This document shows, one piece after another, positions 55,805 to 64,000 of a stretch of DNA of 64,000 nucleotides (position 1 is the first letter of the stretch; each line of letters opens with the position of its first letter). The notes beneath the pieces were generated by a model that was given only the letters and a program-made list of their open reading frames with translations, ran no database searches and had not been told where the DNA came from. Source of the DNA: Cystobasidiomycetes sp. EMM_F5 (Eukaryota); the NCBI GenBank assembly GCA_051047955.1, contig JBPGPT010000021.1:62001-126000 (forward strand), read 5' to 3'. The translations under genes were made by a program, and so were the position numbers.

Positions 55805-56345
55805 GTCTGGCTGTCCACGCGGTTGCGGTCAGACTCTTCAATCATGACACATTGCAGGTCTGCATATCGTCAGCATGCCTTGTATCGGTCAAGGCGCTGC
55901 GACCGTTCAAGCTGCTATCTATACGGCGCCCAAAGCTGCGATCGATTCGCTAAAGACTGAGGGAGTTCAGACTATCCTTCACAACTTTATCGTGCTTCTT
56001 CCTGTCCACCGTACCCTTGCATTGTACTGCTGACAATTTCTTGTTCGCTCGTCGCGTAGGTCTGCAAGTCGCGAGACTTTTGGGAGGTCCATCCTGGCGT
56101 AGTGTTCTTTTATTCTTCGCTATGTCCCAAAGCTCGTCCAGCCTGTGCTGCACAAGTCTCCGCAATACTTTGTAAAGCCAACCTGTCAACCTGCATACAA
56201 CTATAGCTACAGCTACAGCTTGTGCAAGTGGGTGTTGCCAGGTCACGTGTTCCTTCACCGGCTGTCGTGCACCTTCTCGTAACCGGTGTACCAGTCAAAA
56301 TGTTGGTTCTCTTTGTGAACGACAGCTGCGAGTGCAAAAGCTACG

Positions 56346-57898
56346 ATGAGCTTGAATATACAGAGTCTATGTCGGTGAAATGGTCGAGTCTGGTTGGAGT
56401 ATACGCTGACAGCCTGCCGGAGCAGTCGATGTCTCGGGGAAGATTGCCGTGGTGACGGGTGGTGGTAGGAGAAAGGGCAATGCAGACGAGGCATGGCGAA
56501 TGCTGACGATGATAACGAACAGGAAGCGGCTTGGGAACCAGTCTGTCTCATCCTCTGCCCTTCTCGTGTATTCACTGACGTCGTTGTAAGTGATGGCGAC
56601 CGCTCTGGTCCAGAACGGGGCTAGGGTTATTATCGCATCGAGAAAGGAGAAGGCTCTCAAAGAAGTAAGGGAATGCGTTTCAGGTTCTCTTTGCCGCTCA
56701 CCCAGCACGACAGGTCGCAGACGAGCTAAACAAGAATGGACCTGGCAAATGCGAATAGTGTGTTTCTCCATCATGTCTCATTGTTCGTGTCACATGGCTG
56801 ACTTGTGCCGTATAGCATCGTTGCGGACGTTGGCGTAAGCAGACCACCATACCATAATGCCTTGATTACATCACTCATTGACGGCAGTATCGCAGAATAA
56901 AGATGGATGCGATAAACTCGCTGACGAAGTCAAGAAGAGGACTAACAAGATCCATATCCTGATCAAGTGAGTATCCTGACGGTGTCCACATGTCGTGACA
57001 GCGGCTGATGATTGACTTCACTGCAGCAACTCGGGCGTGTATGTCTCAATCGATGCGACGTGTGGCACTTGCGTCGCTGACATCTCGAGCGCATTGCAGT
57101 ACGTGGGGAGCACCGTACGAGAAGGTTCCGGAGAAGGAAGGCAAGTCGGCGCGTTTGTAACAGCCAATTTCCTTATCTGACTCGCGGTAACACAGGATGG
57201 GACAGAGTCTTCGGTACGCTCATCACCACAAGAAGCTTTCTTGACGTCCTCTCACCCGTTTTGCGATTCTAGCGACGAATGTCAAGAGTCTGTTCTATCT
57301 TACCGTCGCTCTAACGCCTCTGTTAGCTAAGGATTCCGACAACATCAGTAGGTATTGCAAGCCCACTATGACTATACATAATGTTGACGGCTCGTCCTAT
57401 AGATCCTGGACGAGTCATCAATATCGCTTCAGTAGCTGGACTGGATGCCGTCACGGAGGGAACTTCGCTCGCGTCCGAAGGGATGGGTTTGTGGTCGTAC
57501 AATACGTCAAAAGCAGCAGCAATCGTAGGTTACAAGATCTTATCTCGACTGCATTCGCATTGAACAATGTCTGCTTCTCACAGCATCTCACAAAAACGCT
57601 AGCATCCACCCTCGCCTCCAAGCGAATCTGCGTTAACGCTATCTGTCCAGGAGTATACGCCAGTCGCATGACTGCATTCGGCCTCAAGACAAACAAGGAA
57701 GGAATCTCCGCCGCGTACCCTATGGGACGTATCGGAACGCCAGAGGATATCGGAGGTCTTGTGCTCTTCCTCACTTCGAGAGCTGGAGCGCACATCTCGG
57801 GCACGTTTATAGAGACGGACGGCGGTGCACTCAATGCAGGACGCGGATACAGAAGTAAAGCCGACCCCGAGGTTCTCAAACGGGAAGCCAAGCTGTAG
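56346..57898 (+). CDS. Short-chain dehydrogenase/reductase (about 12 introns)
   Basis: Spliced MSLNIQSLFDVSGKIAVVTGGGSGLG, ILINNSGVTWGAP, EKEGWDRVF, catalytic SYNTSKAA, VNAICPGVYASRMT, PMGRIGTPEDI. Confidence 0.9.
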
Positions 57899-58603
57899 AA
57901 TGGTCTGAATGTAGCCTTTGCAAATTGTGCCGTCGGGTCATGTTATCTTCTGCGGAGATGAGTTTTTGGGTTGCGGTTGATTTCTCTGCCTACCAACAGA
58001 GTCTTTTCCAAACCCCGATTGTCTCTCCGTTCACGTCTATGGTTCAGTCTGACGTTGCGCGACCGTTGACCGGCCTGCGATGTCCTCTTGCAAACTCTGG
58101 CAGGGTAGAGACAGACAAACCGGCGCGCAGGCTAGGCAGAGGCGTAAACGAGCAAAACAGAATTTGCAGCAAAGGGCGTCGATGCATCATGGCTGTTCTG
58201 CTCACGCACTCTGCTGACATGGCTGCACGGTCGCATGCCTGTCCATCCGCGCTTGCCCCATTCCCGCCTCTCTGCCGTCATCATCCAGCCTCGTTCACAG
58301 AACACCATACAGCTTCGTCTCGTCGTATAAGCTGAATATCACGTCTTCTCTAGCAGTACAGACACAAAGGATCCCTCAGCCTGACTGTTTGGGCAGACTT
58401 TGAAGTCCGGTATACATCCAGTGTCCACCAACTCCGTCCCGGCCAAGCAAGCCTCCCGTCGCCGTACGGCTTACTTGCTGCTGTTCGCCCTTAGTAGGCA
58501 TTTTCGCCCCTGTCGACGACTGTGCATTGCACGGTAAGGGTGTTTCGCACGCTCCGGATATCTAGGCAAGCCTGCCGCAACGCAATCAACACTCCGTACA
58601 GTA

Positions 58604-61243
58604 ATGTCGTCTACGCTTGCTAGCCGGACGACAACACTCTCTCGCGCCGTCTCCTCCGTGTCTGCGGCTTTGAATGCTGCATCTGCGACACCGGCCAACT
58701 CCACCGCGTCCAGCAGCAGCATGGCATCCTTGACGAGCGCGACCTCGGCAGTGGCTAATTCGACGGGTTCACCTGTATCGGGGGAGATACAATCGCCCAT
58801 CGTGCTGGATACAAGAGTCACGGCAGCGTTCGGCATACTGGGAGCATTCCTCCTGTGTTCCGGACTTGCCCTTGCCTTTACGGGATCTGCTTATCGAAGG
58901 TCAGTTCAACAAGGCGGAGGAGTTTTGGAGTGGACTGAGATTTACTTGTATCACCTTCATACTGCTTCGACAGGCTGGCAATTTTCTTGACAACATGTTA
59001 CACTCTCGCGACTGTTGTACTAATAATGATTCTCCACTTTGGCGTCGAGAAGATGGTCAGCCCACCTTCTGATGGGGCTATGGTCGGATTTGTGTTTGCG
59101 GGCTTTGGAGCTGGAACAGCATTTGGGATGGGTGCGGTGGTATTTCATCGAGGAGCCAAGGTCATCCTACCAGCACTCGCAGGCTTTAGTTAGTAGCGTT
59201 TGATGCCATTTGCTTTTGCAAAGCTGACAGGTTAATGGTGCCGTAGTGCTTGGTCTGACGATCCAGTCACTCAAGAACGATGGGCTGATACAGTCCGTCG
59301 GCTTTCGGTGCGTCATCAAGATTCATTATGCGTACACTGTCTGCGTTTGACATATTCCAACCTTGCAGATACTTCTTGTACCTTGGCACTACCGCAATAG
59401 CTTTTGTACTGGGCATCATACCACGATTCCACGACATTGCATTCTTGATTAGCTCCGCTTTCCTGGGAGCCCTGGCTATCGTTCTTGGCATTGTAAGGGA
59501 GCAGCGACAAAGAGGCCTCGATCTTATACTGACCAGGTAATATAGGACTGCTTCACTACTCAGGACCTGAAGGAGTTCTTCGTCTTCAACCTCGGGTTCA
59601 AAGCCATTTTCGACCAGCTTGACGGACACTTTCCTGTCAATTCTGGTATGCAAATCGAATTGGGAGTGTTACTGCTTCTCAGCATCATCGCAACTGCTGC
59701 TCAAATCCGACTGTTCAATATTTTCGAGACGAAACTCAAGTCTGTTTTTGGGAAGCGCGAGAAAGCGAACGGTCAAGACGATGTACACCGTCAAGACGAG
59801 AAGGCTGCTCATCGCATATCAACAATCATGACCAACGATGTTGGGAAGTTTGAGCACAGATACTCTCGAAGTGGTCTTCCGTTCGCTATGCCTTCGCAAA
59901 AATACGAACACCAAAGAGATGCATCGTTGTCGAGCATGGCCAGCAGTCCAGTCTTCCACTCTGCTACTCAGACGCCAAAATCCGCAACCATGCCTCTTCT
60001 CCTGCCGGAGTTGTCATATTCTGCGCGACCGAATGAGACTGCACTGATGCAGCAAGAAATTCTGGCTCCAGCTTTGTCGTCTATACCCAGCGAGCCGGAT
60101 AGCCCTGTAACGCCGATCGGACATCGAGCGTCTCATTCCCTACCAACCAGCAATGCACCTTCGGATAGCGAGCATACGAGTGTTGAAGCGCAGATCGCCA
60201 ATAAAGAGCGCGACTTGGAAGAAATTGCAAAGATTCGTCAAAGTATTGGTATGTTACGAGATGAGCTGCGCAGAGACTCTTCGGAATCAGCCAGAACGGA
60301 TCCTTTTGGGAAGAAGGAGTCAACCCATGCTAGAAGCGGATCTGCCTCAACGCTCATGGCAACACAGGAGGTAATAAAGTACGCTTCACCACGTCCAATG
60401 AGTCAGCGTGCCATTCTGGTCAGACATGGACGATCTCAAAGTCAATTGAGCATGGACGCGCTGGCAGAAGAAGGGCGTATTGCTGCGCGACCCGGCATGA
60501 CGGATTATCAGTACGTGTCATCGCCAAGCGTTCTGCAAGCGCAGCGAAAACTGGAAGGAGGAAATACACAGCAGAGTAGCATGTCGCATGCATACTCCGC
60601 CAGCAATCTGAACCGGCACAGCAGACAAATGTCACAGCCACGGTACTCGAATCTGGCTCGTCCTCTAGAGAATCCTGTTCGCCCTGCTCATGTCCGATCG
60701 CAATCTGCTACTACTCTTCTGGACAGAGTTTCGGCCCACAATAACGCTCAGCGCATAGTCACGGGCTTGCTTGATCAGCATCCGTCAACTTCTGCCGAAG
60801 TAGATAAGCCTGTACCGCGATCGATGACTATGGACATACGAGATTTGGATGCCAAACATCGGAAGCGACTGAGCGAGATTCAAAATCTAGGTCGTCCAAC
60901 TTCAGTAATGTTGAGCGCAGTGCCAGCTGCGACGGTGAAACATTCCCCGGATACAAGCAGGATCAGCATGGGACCAGAAGCGACAAATAGGGCTCCTCAT
61001 GAAAAGCGAAGAAGTACGTTGAACACAGGACCGACGCAAGGCATCGAGTATTCGAGTGCCACGCCAAGGTTCAGCAGCACGACAGCCCGAAGATTGTCAC
61101 AAGCGGATGAGCTTGGTCGGTTGCGACCAAGTCCGATTCTTGCGCATCAAGCCAGCAAGATGGAGGCTACCAATGCAATGCCGAATGTTGCATTTGTAGC
61201 TTCTTCCTCTCGCAAGACACCGCATAGTTGGTTGGACTACTGA
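58604..61243 (+). CDS. DUF4203 (TM7S3/TMEM198-like) multi-pass membrane protein with disordered cytosolic tail
   Basis: VLDTRVTAAFGILGAFLLCSGLALAFTG, several hydrophobic exons, ISSAFLGALAIVLGI/DCFTTQDLKEFFVFNLGF. The true start may lie upstream at about 58220-58490. Confidence 0.7.
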
Positions 61244-61459
61244 GAGGCTTTGTCGGAGTGTAGGATAGATGCTATTTATTATAAAATGCTTGTGCTTTCC
61301 GCACATTGTGTTTGGCAATTTTTATGAAAGTATCGGATACAGCAACCCATCTATTGTTCCCTACGTCTAATGCACGCGTTATTCCTCTCATCGTTTACCG
61401 ATCCCACGCGCCCCTCCCGCTTCCGATACAACCCTTCATCTAGCAAGCAGTCTGCCACC

Positions 61460-63401
61460 TCAACCTTCAGTCCTGTTGATTTCACCAGCGGGATCATTCG
61501 CAAGTTCCCTCTCCCTCTCCTCAAGCGCGGCTCTGGCGCCAGGTGGCATAGTAGAAGGGCTCACAAAGTCTTCGTATCGAAACTTGTCTTTTGCTGCTAT
61601 TGTCGGCTGTTGAGGTGACGAGAAGGGTGATGGCGAAGCGGGAGTCGCTACTGGACGTGGTCGGAAAGTATCGACGGCTTTGATGGGGATAGTGTAGCGT
61701 GACTGGAGATGACGATGGTTAGAATGTCTAGCGTAAGCGTAATCGCATTCGAGATGCCTTACCTCTTCACAACCAAATGCCTTTGGTACGAGTTTGATAA
61801 CGGTATGTAACGGAATCTTGATGTATGGCAGCTCATCCTGGGACAAGCCGTGCATGTAGGCGTAAAGACACCTAATAACTGCCTGATGGCATACGAGGAG
61901 AATATTCTCTTGCCGTTCGAGCTCCATGATGACTGGTTCGAGTCGGACGACGACGTCCCTGTACGATTCACCACCTTGGTAGCGATAGTTGTACTTGTCA
62001 TTATCCCTCGCCGCATAGTCTTCGGGAAAGGCTACCTCAATCTCCTCATACGTCATTCCATCACACACTCCCGCATCGAGCTCGTCAAGACTCTTCCATG
62101 TCAGCTTCGGATATGGTAGTTGGTGCGCAGTCTCAATGGTGCGCTGTAGCGTGCTCGTCCATACGGTCAGTGGAACATCACCGACATTGTCCTTGATGAG
62201 TTTCGGTAATGCGGCAGCGTAGCCCCGACCCTGGACGGACAGAGGGGAGTCTCCACCAATCTTGCCTTCGACATTGTACTGCGACTCGCCGTGTCGACTG
62301 AGAAAGATGGCGCGTGGTGTAATGTGCAGGTTCATGAGGTCTGTCGGAATGAGAAGTCAGGACTAGACGGAATGGAGTGATATGGATGTAGTAAGCCTAC
62401 AGAAGACGCAACGTGACTCTAGGTATCCGTCTATTCTGTTGACGATGACCTGTTTGCCTACGTCGCTGTGTTGCGGGTCAGTACATCAGCTGTTAGTGAG
62501 GGAGCTTGCGTGTGTCTGAAACGCACATAATCTTGCAGTAGGAATACTTTTCCTCTGGCGACATTGTGCCCAATTCCTCGTACGAGTGTTCGTACGTCTT
62601 GATTCTCGCTCTAAAGTCCCTCTCTGCCTCTGCCTTGTCCATTCCGTCGTAGTCTGGGTCGCCCGAGGACACCTTTACTGCGATATTTGCTGCAATGACG
62701 GTCGGGTCTGTGCAGATACTCTCGAGAAAGATGAGCTTTATGGAGGGTTCCTGAGCGAGTCTCTCTACAATCTTCCTTCTCCTTCCCCTGTTTGAGTTTG
62801 TTGCGTCGAATACGCCCACATTGCCCTGTTCATCCTTGAGCCAGGCGATGAGCGCTTCTAGGCACTCGACTGCCAACTCTTCTCTGGCGGCAGCAGCCTG
62901 CTCGTTCTTGTTGTCGAAGAATGAAGCATTGTGGACTTCCTTGACCCCGGTCTCCCTCTGCTGCTGCTTTGCCTTTGCCCTGCGGAGTTGACCGACGTTG
63001 AAGACGCGGACGTCGTACTCTAGCCAACGCAGGTACCGCATGAGCCTGTTGGACAGGTAGCTCTTGCCTCTTGCTGGGAGTCCAACCATGCAGACGCACA
63101 GCTTGGTCTCGGACTGGTCGGGTTTGGATATCGTCTGTCCCGAGAGGCCGTACCTCGACGAGTGCATGCTGCCCGACCTCGAGGGAGCGCGAGACTGGTT
63201 TGCCGTGTGGTTGGCGTGCTCATCGACGCTCGACGAGCTGGACGGCGTCATGTTTCCTGCAATGTGACCATCCGAGACGGGCAGGAATGGGGGAGACGCG
63301 AGGTGAGTCTGCGATGTGGGCGACAGCATGGGCGACTGGGCCTGCGGGGACGCCTTGTAGGAGCGTGTCCGCGTAATGTTGCTGCCGGTAGTGCCCGACA
63401 T
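61460..63401 (-). CDS. Bifunctional 6-phosphofructo-2-kinase/fructose-2,6-bisphosphatase
   Basis: Kinase motifs MVGLPARGKS and VFDATNS; phosphatase IFLSRHGES, LDELDAGVCDGMTYEEI, GGESYRDVVVRLEPVIMELERQ. Confidence 0.95.
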
Positions 63402-64000
63402 TGTGAGTAAATGGTGTAAGATGGAGAGCTTTGAAAGGAGGAAGTAGTGAAATGGTATTTCAATTACAAAAGTAGATTAAACGAGACTGCGGGCATTTGT
63501 ATAGTATGTATACTGCCATAATGTACATTCTAATGCACGCAGCCCTCCGTGTCTTGTGCTTGTATTGGCAGCACAGCCCCACTTCCATTAGCAAACCTCC
63601 AACTTGGAATTTCAAATCACCGCAACCGCCTTTGTAACCATCCAACCGCTGTTCCAAGTCCAGGTACTCTACTACCTTGCACCTCCAGCTTCGGGCCAGT
63701 TGTAAAGACTCGCCCCCAGCTCACCCGACGGTCTCCACGACGGCGCTCGCAAAGCTGCTCGTCCATCCCAAATCTCTGCGTCCTCCATAAGGAACTTTTA
63801 AACCCCCAATAAAACTACAAGCCCCAGGTAGCGTCGGTGTGGGCCCCGACGCACGAGCTGCTGAATTGGGTCCCTCTGACGAGGTGGGCACGCTATAACA
63901 ACATACGACACTGTCTCTGGAGAATCTAGAAATTCCACCAAGATCCAGGCAACCTGCCGCAGAGAAAGGGAGGAAACTGCTGCAGCGCACTCGAGAACAG

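Overview
Gene-dense, intron-rich fungal DNA that looks basidiomycete: introns are mostly ~50-70 nt with GTRAGT donors, CTRAC-type branch points and YAG acceptors. The organism cannot be named from the sequence. I reconstructed 21 protein-coding genes by manual splicing. In order they are: CWC27 cyclophilin, an LRR + SAP-like protein, a DHA1 MFS transporter, mitochondrial ribosomal protein L33, an SLC35F/Thi74-like transporter, a Rom2-type RhoGEF, a formin, a secreted ferritin-like (Rds1-type) protein, a HIRIP3-like protein, an Sds3-like protein, DASH subunit Hsk3, Nit1, proteasome Rpt4, three tandem paralogues of an unrecognised family, clathrin heavy chain, a BAR-PH-ArfGAP, an SDR, a DUF4203 membrane protein and PFK-2/FBPase-2. 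The standout is the tandem triplet at 35.5-45.4 kb. The three diverged genes share a VTVPW helical module, an LSPTA motif and a ~150-aa domain with invariant C-x-H-x-C...H-x3-C...H residues followed by a basic tail, and each has an unusually long upstream region. They are a candidate uncharacterised zinc-binding transcription-regulator family. Other oddities are an intron that can only be resolved with a GT-GG boundary, several GC-AG introns, a gene rich in micro-exons and a 73-bp head-to-head gene pair. I found no tRNA, rRNA, CRISPR or transposon signal. Exon boundaries are inferred by eye and no database searches were run.
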